DNA of 64,000 bases from assembly GCF_006345805.1 (NCBI RefSeq), contig NC_043019.1:3100001-3164000 (forward strand), read 5' to 3'. Below the pieces are notes generated by a model. The model was given only the letters and a program-made list of their open reading frames with translations. It was not told the DNA's origin and searched no databases. A program made the position numbers and the translations under genes. This stretch comes from Octopus sinensis (Eukaryota). Below are positions 1-12,163 of this stretch, piece after piece; position 1 is the first letter of the stretch; the number at the start of each line of letters is the position of its first letter.

Positions 1-46
1 GAATGATGAATTTCTGAAAGTACATGTGCATTTTATGTATGAGCAT

Positions 47-80
<34 letters not shown>

Positions 81-129
81 GCAATAATAAATCTCTGAAC
101 GAGATGTAAACAGTAACTGCACGACAATG

Positions 130-234
130 TAAGGTATACTGGCCATCTCAATATGGCTAACCACTAATGGCTAACCAATATGGCTAACACCTACCCTTAG
201 TGGTTAGCCATATTGAGATGGTTAGTATACCTTA
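130..234. mobile_element. Short TA-flanked foldback/MITE-like hairpin
   Basis: 38-bp arms: taaggtatactggccatctcaatatggctaaccactaa (130-167) versus the reverse complement of 197-234, with 2 mismatches and a 29-nt spacer. Confidence 0.6.
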
Positions 235-307
235 TATATATATATATATATATAAAATGCACATACATGTGTGTGTGTGTATATATATAAATACACACAC
301 ACACATA

Positions 308-511
308 TACTCTTTTACTTGTTTCAGTCATTTGACAGTGGCCATGCTGGAGCACCACCTTTAGTCAAGCACATCGACCCCAGGACTTATTCTTTGTAAG
401 CCTAGTACTTATTCTATCGGTCTCTTTTGCCGAACAGGGACGTAAACAAACCAGCATTGGTTGTCAAGCGATGTTGGGGGAAGAAACACAGACACACAAA
501 CATATACACAC

Positions 512-558
<47 letters not shown>

Positions 559-638
559 TATGATGGGTTTATTTCAGTTTCCATCTACCAAATCCACTCA
601 CAAGGCCTCGGTTGGCCTGAGGCTATAGTAGAAGATGC
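308..638 (-). mobile_element. tRNA-derived SINE family A (octopus-type), head truncated
   Basis: Same body and tail as the full copies at 9247-9652 and 58561-58990 (tactcttttacttgtttcagtc...ccatgctggagcacc...gccgaac...). Confidence 0.85.
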
Positions 639-694
639 ATATACATATATATATATACACACATATACATACATACATTTATATATATACACAC

Positions 695-737
<43 letters not shown>

Positions 738-2270
738 CACAAAATATACACATAAGTGTAGTAGAGCAATTGGTCCTTTAAAAGAGAGAAGATATTAACT
801 ACATGCATGTGTGCGTATGCATGGGTGTGTTCATGTGCGTCTCATTCTATCATGTCTTTGCATGAAATGCTTCAAGCAAAAGAAGAAATACATTGAAAAT
901 ACACTCAAATATCATATTTCATTCAATGTTTTTGAAGCAAATAAATAAAAAACCCTTAGATGCACGAAAATACTTCAACAATATGTTAGCAGCCATATAT
1001 ACTTCATATTATAAATTTATTTTAATATTGTATAATAATATTCATTTGTAATGTTTACGTTTAAGTGTATATATATATCTGTACTTATATTTTATTGTTC
1101 TTTAGTATATGCATTGTGGAAAGAATATGTAGATATATTTTTGTCTGTTTGAGCCATACGTATACATATATGTATATATGTATGAATATACTTATGTATA
1201 TTTGTTTACATATGTTAGTCTATCTATACCTATGATTATATGTATATAGTGATATGCTTAGCATGTGCATGTCTACATAGTTTATCTCTCCCTTTTTACT
1301 TTCCGTGTGTGAACTAACGTATACGTGTGTATACATGCAAGTAACCTACCATGGTTTCCTACTTTTGTCCTTTTCTTTTATTGATTTTTCCCCTTCAGTA
1401 CACCAACTTTCCATCTTTGACGACATACTTACATAAATGAGATTATAAACTGCTGTAGTGTCTACAGCAATTTGAGTATGCTGATAATGAAATGAAACTG
1501 CACCCTATTTATATCACTAAGGTAATTGGTGAGAAAGGCATGCCATTTGTTCTTTACCAATTCAACTCTCCACTCTCACATTTATTGTATTTTTCCCCCG
1601 ACAAGCCTGGTTGTCTTTGATTTCTCCTCTACAGTAGACAATCTTCCACAACAAAGTTGTGTGTACCCAACAGTCATAGCTTTACATAAGATACATCCAA
1701 TGAGCTTTTGAAACAACTATAGTATTCAAGAATCTCTTGCCTCTTTTACTTACAGACTATATCACATAATATGCAATGTTTGTTACCTTCTAAATGGAAT
1801 TATACAGCACCTATCATCTAATTACAATTTTCTCTCTACTCTCAATATGAAATGAAATGTATATGAAGCATTGACGAATAAGTTTTCTTGAACAATTATT
1901 GAGTCATGTATTTTCTTGACAAGAGACTAGCAAATGATGTATTACCAAATATATTATAATTATTGTATGTGATATATATATATATATATGTGAACATATA
2001 AGTATACATACACATACAATATACATAAATTTATACTTACATAAACATGTCTATACACACACACACATATATATATACATATAGGCTGTGTTTTCCAAAA
2101 TGGAGGCGAACACCTTTCCCCACGTGATTGGCTTGAAAAATTACTAAGACACTAGGATATTTTCCTACTTTTCTTAACATGAAACAAATGGTAGCCCTAA
2201 TTCACAAATAAAGAAATCATATCCACCAATGCGTTGTTGAGCACTCATTTTCATCATTCACCATTTATCC

Positions 2271-2329
<59 letters not shown>

Positions 2330-3049
2330 TATATATACATATATATATGTATATATAAATACATACATAAATAGCTATCTATCTATATACAAATTACAAA
2401 CCCCTTCAAGTAGATGGCCATGCTCAATTTGTAGAAAAGATGTAGGTGGACACTACATAAAATGCAACCATTATTGCTTATAAATCATGAATGGTATATT
2501 GCACTATATTTCAAAAGTAGGAGAAATGGAGAGAGAGCTTGTGTGAATTGGATGCATATGAGCAGAGAGAAATATAATAAAAGAAACAGAATAATATTGA
2601 AAGTGACAAGTAGTGGTAGGGTGATGGTGATGATAATAATAGTTACATGGTGATAACTGCTAAATACAAATATGTTTACACACACACACACTCACATATA
2701 TATATATTTTGTTCATGACACATACAAGTAGGATAAACTTCACAAGCAATTGGTGGGGGCAGGTTAGATAGATAGATAGACAGACAGACAGATAGATATA
2801 TGGACAAGTGTGTGTGTATTTATAGAGACATAGGGACAGATACACAATGTCTCTCTGCAAAACAAGACTATGTAATCACTGACCATTCCTCTGTTCTCTA
2901 GTACCCATTAAACCTGTTTCTTATAGACACAGTACTAATGAAAGCCCTTCATTTGGATATAAGCCTGCAGTTTCTTATTAGTTTTTTATATACAGAAAAT
3001 TTAAATAGATGTTGATCTTTTCTCCACTTTAGATAAGACCTTTACCATT

Positions 3050-4155
3050 GGGTAGCTGACCTCTGGAAAAAAGCAAGTGAATGGCAAAAGCAGTGGAAAG
3101 TCACTTTTACAACCCATTCCAGTCATGGCCGACCACCTTGGAAATTAAAAGAAATGAAAGGCTGATATGTTCCAAGGAAGAGATGGAAAGTAGAGTAGCA
3201 GCAGTACACTGTGGCACAGGAAGAAATATTCCATTGAAAGACTGTCTCTTCCTATTGCTAGTTCTCAAACCTCACACTATTTTTAACATGGCAGATTTCA
3301 CTTTTAATGAAGTTAGGGCAGAGGTGGTGAAAGTTTAGGTAGGGTGTGTTTCAGGAGAATCTGGCTCATACAGAATTTATGAATACAGTCCACTGCTGCT
3401 GAGAAGAATAGCTAGACTTTTACATTTGATCAGGATGAAGCAGTAGTCATGCTGAGTCTAGACACTTGCTGCAGGCTGTTTTATCCCAAAAGAAGAAAAC
3501 TCAGGAGATCTTAACCCATTTCAAGAGTTCTCAAATAAGATGTCAACAAAAATTTTTTAGTCCACCATTGCCAAAAAAATTAATGGCATACACACTGGCC
3601 AATGAGTGCATCTAAATGAGTGTCCAAAATGGGAAAGTCCTAGGATAGACTGGATCCCTTGAACATGCATCACCAATCAGTCACATTATTAAGGAGACAA
3701 AGTGGAATAACAAGACTCAATTGTATGGTTAGATCTCACCAAAGCCTACCTACATATGCCCCACCAGCTAATCCAGAGTGCACTGGAGAGTAATAGTTGA
3801 GCTCATAAAGTCACATAGGGATTTAATAAAGGTGAAATTTAAGGTAGGGAATTTCCTTACCAAATGGCAGAGACTGGAAAAGGCATTATGGCAGGGTGCA
3901 CAATATCCAGCACTAGGAGAAGGCTAATATATGTGGACAAAATCCTAATAGAAACTGCCAAACGAACAGGCTTTCAGGGAGTTATGACCAACAAACAAAA
4001 GCTATCACTATCCAAGAAGACAGATTCCTAAGAGGTGACAAGGCTCCTAAGGTAAAAGCAGAAGCAGGGGACCAGTTTTCTACTTGGCATTAGACTGGGA
4101 GATGCAAATGAACCTGAAAGGTAGACTCATCTTCCCAGAGGAAGTGACAGTAATA
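3050..4155 (+). mobile_element. Degenerate non-LTR retrotransposon remnant, Hero/NeSL-like (RT plus restriction-like endonuclease region)
   Basis: Broken translation retains FYNPF...KRNERLICSKEEME, FTFNEVRAEVVK, FIPKEENS, WLDLTKAY..PHQLI, KWQRLEK-GIMAGCTIS and DWEMQMNLKGRLIFPEEV, matching Hero-clade motifs as I know them. Many stops and deletions. Confidence 0.65.
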
Positions 4156-4169
4156 TCACTCTGACTAGA

Positions 4170-6087
4170 CATGTTTCTGCTATGCAGGAGTATAAAACAT
4201 GCATCATGTTTGAAATGTTTGAATTTCCCTGACTCTTTTTGTTATATATGTGAGTGTTTTACAGTACCAAGTCAAAGAATGAACATTAGTGACATTGTAA
4301 AAAGATCCTACTTGGATTACTTGAAGATTAAACTGGGTGATCAGGATAAATAGTGGGTCCTGCACAATGTATGTAAACCCTATGTCAAAAATCTACTCCA
4401 ATGAACAAAGGGCACAAGGAAACAACTAACATTTGACATTCCTATGATATGGTGAGAGTCTTGTAAATAATTGCTACTTTTGTCACACAGAACATGACAG
4501 AAAATAAGGTACCAAAATCTGGATTCAGCAATTCATCCAGTGCTTCACTCAGATGAAATACCAGTACTCGTTTTCAAGGATCTACCTTCACTGCAAGGTG
4601 AAAGTCATGTATGTGAAGTAGATATAAATCATGACCATGACAGTGATATAGACTTTGTAGAAACGTCAACCAAAGAATGTGAAAACTTCAACCAGGCAGA
4701 ACTTAATGATTTAGTTAGAGATCTAGGACTGTCAAAAGAGTTATCAGAACTGTTAACTTCTAAGCTTAAAGAGAAGAATTTGTTGCAGAAAGTAACAAAT
4801 GTGACTTTTTATCAGAACAAAGAAGATCTCTTGGCATTCTCTACAACTGGAAAAGATTTTGTTTACTGTTGTGACATGGTGGAACTGTTAAACATGATGG
4901 GTATTGAACAGTATGTTTCTAGTGAATGGAGAGTCTATAGATAGTTCAAAGAAGAGTCCAAAATGTGTATTAGTCTATAATGGAAACTTGTTTGATGTGC
5001 TTCCTATTGGTCAGTCTGTACACTTAAAAGAGAATTGTGATTACATAAAAGTTGTATTAGATTTACTTAAGTATGACGAACACAAATGGGTCATATGTGT
5101 GGATCTAAAAATGATCAACTTTTTATTAGGCCAACAAGGAAAGTATACAAAATATCCGTGTTTCCTATGTTTATGGGTTAGCCAAGCAAGGGACAAACGT
5201 TGGGAACAGAAACTCTGGCCAGTTAGGAAACGTTTGACTGTTGGAGAGAATATCATACACCAACCATTTGTTTAGCAAGAGAAAAATCATCTTTCCACAC
5301 CTTCATATTTAACTAGGACTAATGAAGTAATCTGTCAAAGCTCTTAATGTGGAAGGTAACTGTTTCAAATTCATATGTACAACATTTCCTGGCTTAAGAT
5401 ATTATAAAATAACAGATGGTGTTTTTGATGGGCCACAAACCAGAAAGTTAACAAAATACCAGAATTTCTGAAGCTTGATGGCTGATATAGAAAAAAAAAC
5501 AAGGGATTCATTTGTGACTGTTGTGAAAGGATTTTGGAGGGAGTGAAAAGGCTGAAAACTACTAAGATTTGATAGCTTTCATCTTTTAGGCTGCAACAGG
5601 AGCGTAAAGCTTCATTTCCTCAATAGCCACCTCGATGAATTTCCTGTTAAATTCAGAGACGTGAGCATGGTGAGCATTTTCATCAAACAATGAAGATTAT
5701 GGAGGAGAGATATCAAGGCCCATGGAAAACACATGATGACAGACTACTGGTGGAGTATTCAAAGAGACTGTGTAGACATGGAATACTCCACATGCTCTCG
5801 CAAGCAGAAATTTGTTCCATGAATATGAAGGTATATGTATGATAGTTTGTGCTTTATCCATCATATTAGAAAATTAACACTGTGTATTTAGTAAAAGGTG
5901 ATGTTATCTTACATTTCATATTCTATTGACATTTATAACTTATGGTTTTAAGCTATAAAACTTAGTAACCTATCCTGACCAAGTAAATTATTTATACAGT
6001 ACATCATAAAATAGGGGTGTGCTATAGAATGAAAACCTGATGTGTTAGGAAAAAATGAATGGTCAGCAAAAAGTGTGTTGACTAGTG
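4170..6087 (+). mobile_element. Decayed DNA transposon, CMC/Chapaev3-like transposase pseudogene
   Basis: ORF fragments FCYIC...KLGDQDK, FNQAELNDLVRDLGLSKELSELL, IDSSKKS, ICVDLKMINFLLGQQGKYTKYPCFLCLW, then LH, HFLNSH, GEHFHQ and DYWWSIQRD. The right terminus ...tgttgactagtg (CAC...GTG type) is followed by tta. A matching left TIR was not found. Confidence 0.65.
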
Positions 6088-7803
6088 TTATAATTTATAT
6101 TCATATGTAAATGGAAAGAATCTGTATCCAATATATAATTTTAGTAATTAACTTTAAATACTCTTTCATGCTATAAAGAAGTTCATTTTATACAATAGTT
6201 TATATCTTAGCAGTAGCTGGATCTGGTGATTGTGTTCTAGGAGCTGGGAAGAGAATAATGCTTTTTATTATGTAAACAAGTGGGAAGGTTATAAATTTAG
6301 GGACAGATAACTTATAAGTATTTCAATTCCAAATAAAGAAAGTAGGTTTGTTTAATTCCGGAAATGTTCAATTTCAAATATTGATAAAGGAAGTTTGATA
6401 AAAAAGATAATGTAAAATTATTCTAATTGCATTTTACATATGTATTGACCGACCTCTAACTGAAATAATGCGTGAATGAAAATTTCTTCATAGATAATGG
6501 CATTTTACTTACTGTTATTTGGTTATACACTCATATACTTTTCAGATTGTATTGTTTTATAATAGAGCTTTAATACATCATAGAATACTTTTTACATATC
6601 TCCAGTAAAGGGAATTGTATTTATAGAGTTGTCTACAATGTTAATGGTCATATGTATTCTAAGTATAAATAAATTGAACATTTTGTTCTAGTTTTGGTAT
6701 CATTTAGTGAGATAATTTTATTTACACAATTTTATAAAGTTGTAATATTACATCAATCCAAACAATTAATAGCAATCCATAAAGATGTGGAATAATTGAG
6801 TTTTCTTTTTTACTAATCATCAGCATCTGGTAAATATACAAATGCTTTTATTTAGAAAAGCCTACAGCTTTTATATACATATTTTGTACATAATATTCTA
6901 TAATACTAACTTTATCATGATGTAATAATGAATGATTAATGAGAGAAAGAGCACTAAAATATGAGTGTTACTTAACATATAAGTAGTAATTAAGGAAATA
7001 CAAGGCAGCATCCATCATTGAATAAATATATTTTGCTTATTATACAATGTAGTGTTAGAGGAAAATGTGTAGCTTTGATAAAGAGTGGATGATGCCATAG
7101 ATTTTAAAGCCAATAAAATAAAAATACTGCATGATTGAGAAAGCCACAATGAATGGAATAAAATAGAGAAAGCCAGAAGGAAGTAAATGGAAAATAAAAC
7201 AGAACAGAATTAAGAATCATTTTGGAGTTTGAATGCTTTAAGAAATAATGAAAGGAAATGTTGAAAATTTCATACATATACCTAGATCTGAACATACATA
7301 CATACACACATGCACACGCACACACACACAAAATACCTTTTTATTATTGATTTTAGTCAGATCACCAAAATAAACAATTACTAATTTTTGTTGCAGCCGT
7401 AGGATAGATGCAGCTAATTATATTGATCCTTGTACTTCACTGGTATTTATTTTATTGTCCACAGAATAAAGAAAGACAAAGTCAACACATAATGTTATTA
7501 GCTGAGTTATTGTGATACTAGGCTGTTATTTCAAAAATAGTCAAAATTCTGAACACTTTGTTACGCATTTGTTACTTGTAGGCTTTATGTCACTTGTTCA
7601 TAATTATTTTTCTAGCCATCTTCAAAGAATATTTTATTGTTCTCCAGCCCATGCAGTTTTAGAATTGATATTGTTCTTCAACAGACTATGACAACTTTAA
7701 GATTTAATTACACTGAAACATATGGATATTAGCATAAATAAATTGTACATAAAACAAAATAATTTAATTCAAAATATGATAGAGAATAACTTTTTGATTT
7801 ATC

Positions 7804-8120
7804 ATTACTCTCTTTACTACTCTTTTACTTGTTTCAGTCCTTTAACTGTGGCCATGCTGGAGCACTGCCTTTAGTCGACAAATCGACCCCGGGACTTATT
7901 CTTTGTAAGCCCAGTACTTATTCTATCGCTCTCTTATGCCGAACCGCTAAGTGACGGGGACGTAAACACACCAGCATCGGTTGTCAAGCAATGCTAGGGG
8001 AACAAACACAGACACACAAACATGTACACACACACACACACATACATACATACATATATATATACATATATACGACGGGCTTCTTTAAGTTTCCGTCTAC
8101 CAAATCCACTCACAAGGCTT
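7804..8120 (-). mobile_element. SINE family A, head truncated
   Basis: Body and tail match the other family A copies. Confidence 0.85.
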
Positions 8121-9246
8121 TATAGATATACATATATATTTGTATATATATATATATATATATATATGGCAACAATCATGAGTCATTTCAGTAAGTTTTC
8201 TTGGCAATGGCTTTTCTCATGTAACGAGGATGCAGCTGTCATATATATACATATATATATAGATATATAGATATACATATATGTGCGTGTGTGCATGTAT
8301 ATATATATATATACACAAACACATATGTATATCTATATATCTATATATATATGCAACTTATAAGGGCATGAACCACATAGTGATACTGAACCCAAGACCT
8401 TCTGCTTGCAAAGCAACACTCATAGCTGCGCACACACACACAAATAAAGCATAGGTCAGAAGATGTGAGAGGTGAAGATAAATTCATTTATCCATATGCT
8501 TCCTCTATGACTGCAGCTGTTGCATAACCCTTTTCACATACTATCAATTTCAGTATGCAAAGCATTATACATACAGGATTTCATCAATATGTATGTTCAA
8601 AAATTAATGCAAATAAAGAAAGCTAATTCATCAGAGTATTTGATCATGGTTACATCTATGATTCAACTCTGAATATCATACAAAATTCACCCTATACAAT
8701 TACAATGTATGGAGAGTCAAAACTGGACATAATTGCATTGATTTGGCCAGTAAAAGGACAAAACAGAGGAAAAACATTCTGCAATGTTATTTATTACAGA
8801 AGAATTTCACATACAAAAACCCTCAGATCAATTAAGTAAAAGTGCTAGATAGAAATTAAGCACCCTTGATTTAAGCAAAAAAACAAGAAATTGTAGTGTA
8901 CAATGCTGGGGATATATATTGATGCAAGCACATATATATATATGTTTTGCATACTGAAATTAATAATATGTGAAAATGGTTTCAAAATGGCCATAATCAT
9001 ATGAAGTCTAGTTTCACTTCTCACACCTTTTTGACTTTATGCTTTATATACTCCTCATTGAAAAATTACATTACGTTATGATACAATGCAATTTACTGCT
9101 ACGTAGACGAATAGCCAATTCTGAATGAGGAAAATACTGTAATAGCCACATGATTCTCTAAATCCATATTTTATACTACTCTTTTATGTAAACAGACACG
9201 CACGCACACACACACACACACATATATATATACTATCTCTCTCTCT

Positions 9247-9652
9247 CTCTTTTACTTGTTTCAGTCATTTGACTGCAGCCATGCTGGAGCACCACCTTTA
9301 GTCGAGCAAATTGACCCCAGGACTTATTCTTTGTAAGCCTAGTACTTATTTTATCGGTCTCTGTTGCTGAACCGCTAAGTTACGGGAACGTAAACACACC
9401 AGCATCGGTTGTCAAGCGATGTTGGGGGGACAAACACAGATACTTAAACATATACACACATATACATATATATATATATACATATATACGACGGGTTTCT
9501 TTCAGTTTCCGTCTACCAAATCCACTCACAAGGCTTTGGTCGGCCCGGGGCTATAGTAGAAGACACTTGCCCAAGGTGCCACACAGTGGGTATGAACCCG
9601 GAACCATGTGGTTGGTGAGCAAGCTACTTACCACACAGCCACTCCTGTACCT
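9247..9652 (-). mobile_element. SINE family A, full length
   Basis: Minus-strand head with A-box-like TGGCTGTGTGG and B-box-like GGTTCATACCC, then ggcaccttgggcaagtg core, an internal (TA/CA)n tract and an aagtaaaagag tail. Confidence 0.88.
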
Positions 9653-9691
9653 ATAGATTTTGTACCAAAAGTGATGCAAGAACATATGACA

Positions 9692-11287
9692 TACAGAGTT
9701 GTTCCAAAACTAATGAAAAAGTGAGCATCACTTTTTTTATAAACTGACATTGACCTTTCAACTCTTATTCAATACAAATGTACTACTCTATATTAGTTCC
9801 ATTCATGCCATCATTGAGTCCAACTTCCAAATCCACTTTGAAAAAAATTTTGGAGTGCACTATACAATATAATTCTTCACAGCCACTTCCACCATGTCTG
9901 AGTTATCAAATTATAGTCTCTGAAGACTCCTTCACTTTATTGAACAGGTGGATGTTTGAGGCCAGATTTGCACTGCATAATAAATAGAGGACTGCTGAGA
10001 AGTCCCTTTTGCTGGTTACTTGAATTTTCACCAAAGATGTGTGTGGTCATGTACTGTAATTGTGAATGTGGATCATTTTCAGATTCTTGTTTGTTCTCTT
10101 TCTTCTAATAATTTCTCTAAGCTTTTTGAGTATCTCAGTGCATCCACTCACTGTTTAGGGTACAGCCACATTCCCAAAATCAATGATATTTTTGTTGTCC
10201 CCCTCAAACTATCACCATGACTTTCTGTACAGATTGCAAAATCAAAATCAAACTCGATCAACATCAATGGAAGTTGCAGCTGTGATACCAGTGCCAGTGG
10301 TACGTAAGAGAACCATCCGAACGTGGCCGTTGCCAGCGCTGCCCCAACTGGCTTCGTGCCAGTGGCACGTAAAAAGCACCATCCGATCGTGGCCGTTGCC
10401 AGCCTCGCCTGGCCCCCATGCCAGTGGCACATAAAAAGCACCATCCGATCGTCGCCATTTGCCAGCCACATCTGGCACCTGTGCCAGTGGCACGTAAAAG
10501 CACCCACTACACTCATGGAGTGGTTGGCATTAGGAAGGGCATCCAGCTGTAGAAACATTGCCAGATCAGACTGGGCCTAGTGCAGCCTTCTGACTTCCCA
10601 GACCCCAGTTGAACCGTCCAACCCATGCTAGCATGGAAAGCGGACGCTAAATGATGATGATGATGATGATGATTGCCAGCTCTTGAACTTCTAAAACATT
10701 GCAGAAGAAATTTGGATGCCATTCTATGGACTGGCCCTTCATTTCTCGATCATAAAGATACACCCACATCCCATCCTCCATCACCATATCAGAAAAACAA
10801 GTCTTCATAGCTTCAAATACTCCCAGCAGATCTCCATCCTTCTCTATGACAAATTAGGTATCAAGTTCTGTGGAACCAACTTTGTACACACTTTACGATA
10901 TTCCACCTCTTCTATTATCTTCTGTAATACATTGACCAAAGTCTTGTTGTGCAGCAAGTTCATGGATGTGTCTGCATGAATGAATTTATTGCAGTGATTG
11001 CAGTTGATGGATGCATTGCTTTTTTGCAATGTTGGAGTCTCTTTCTTTAAATTTCTTCATTCATTTGTGCACATTGCTCTTATCAATGATGTTATCTCCA
11101 TAAACAACCTGCACCTTCCCTCTTCTAGAACTTAATTACAGTACATTGCTTCAGTTTGTAATCCACTTTTTTTTTACCTACTATGAAGACTGAGGAAAAA
11201 CACTCTAACATGTAAAGTTTGAATGCCCTATGTCAGTCAACAAAAAAGTTATCCCACTTTTGTATTAATTTTCGTACAACCCTTGTG
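9692..11287 (-). mobile_element. Decayed Tc1/mariner (mariner-type) transposon interrupted by a SINE
   Basis: Minus-strand fragments EYRKVCTKLVPQNL...RRMEICWEYL, ILKKLREIIRRKR, HNYST*PHTS (HDNARPH-like) and SANLASNIHLF (YSPDLAP-like). Degenerate TIRs: tacagagttgttccaaaactaatg at 9692 versus the reverse complement at ~11265-11287. Confidence 0.7.
10291..10673 (+). mobile_element. SINE family B with (TGA)n tail and a tandemly repeated 5' unit
   Basis: Three ~62-65-bp gtggcacgtaaaaagcaccatccgatcgtggccgttgccagc units, then tggttggcattaggaagggcatccagctgtagaaac...gcatggaaagcggacgctaaatgatgatga. Confidence 0.85.
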
Positions 11288-11489
11288 TGTGCGTGTGTGT
11301 AGGATGCCATGATAGATCGTTAGCTACTACACGCATTTTTTTCTCTCCTTGTTTTTTTCTGTGTATCTTTCTGTCGAAGAACGCAGGCTTGAAACGTAAA
11401 AGACTTTTTCTATTCCTGAGCGCTATACTAATACATTTGTTTGTTTGTACTCCACCTGCCTTCGTCTTTTGTTTATTTACGTAAACTTT

Positions 11490-11542
<53 letters not shown>

Positions 11543-12082
11543 TTCATGAGCTGTAAGGAAAATGTGCAGCTAACAGAGATAACAGACATCCCTATTTCAC
11601 AAAAAAGAAAGAAAGCCAAAAAAAAAAAAGACTTGCTTTTGCTTTTCATGAGAACAATAAAATATGTACCAGATGAAGTACTGGGGTTGATATAATCAAC
11701 TTCAAACACCCAAAAAATATTTACTTGAGCATAGTCACAGTCTGCTAACTGAAACCAATAAAACAGGTAGTAAATGAGATAGCTTCTACATAGGACTGAA
11801 GAAGTATCTAATTAACATGTATTTAACATTAAAAAATCCAACTAAAAAAACGAAACGAAAGCACTAAGTCACCATAACCTATCAGCTCCATATGTAGTCA
11901 CTTTATAATTTTATATTCAACCTGTTGACACAAATTGTTTATTTTGGTTTTGCTGAATAAATAAATAAACATCAGTAACTTATTCTCACTTAACAATTAC
12001 ATATGCATCAATTTTCAGGAAAATTATTTTATGCTAGCATGCTCAATCATTTTAGTTCAAAGATTTGAATAGAGTATCTTAC

Positions 12083-12163
12083 CAGTAGTTTCTGTTGAAA
12101 CAATAACGGTTGGGAAAAAGGGAGGAGGTGGAGGAGGGGATATTATAATAGGTGGAGGTAAAG
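12083..12163 (-). CDS. 81-nt Pro-rich exon ([27 protein letters not shown]) of the vWA gene
   Basis: Acceptor ...attcttgtccacag, donor G|gtaagatact, phase 1-1, open, and same composition as the other stalk exons. Confidence 0.75.
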
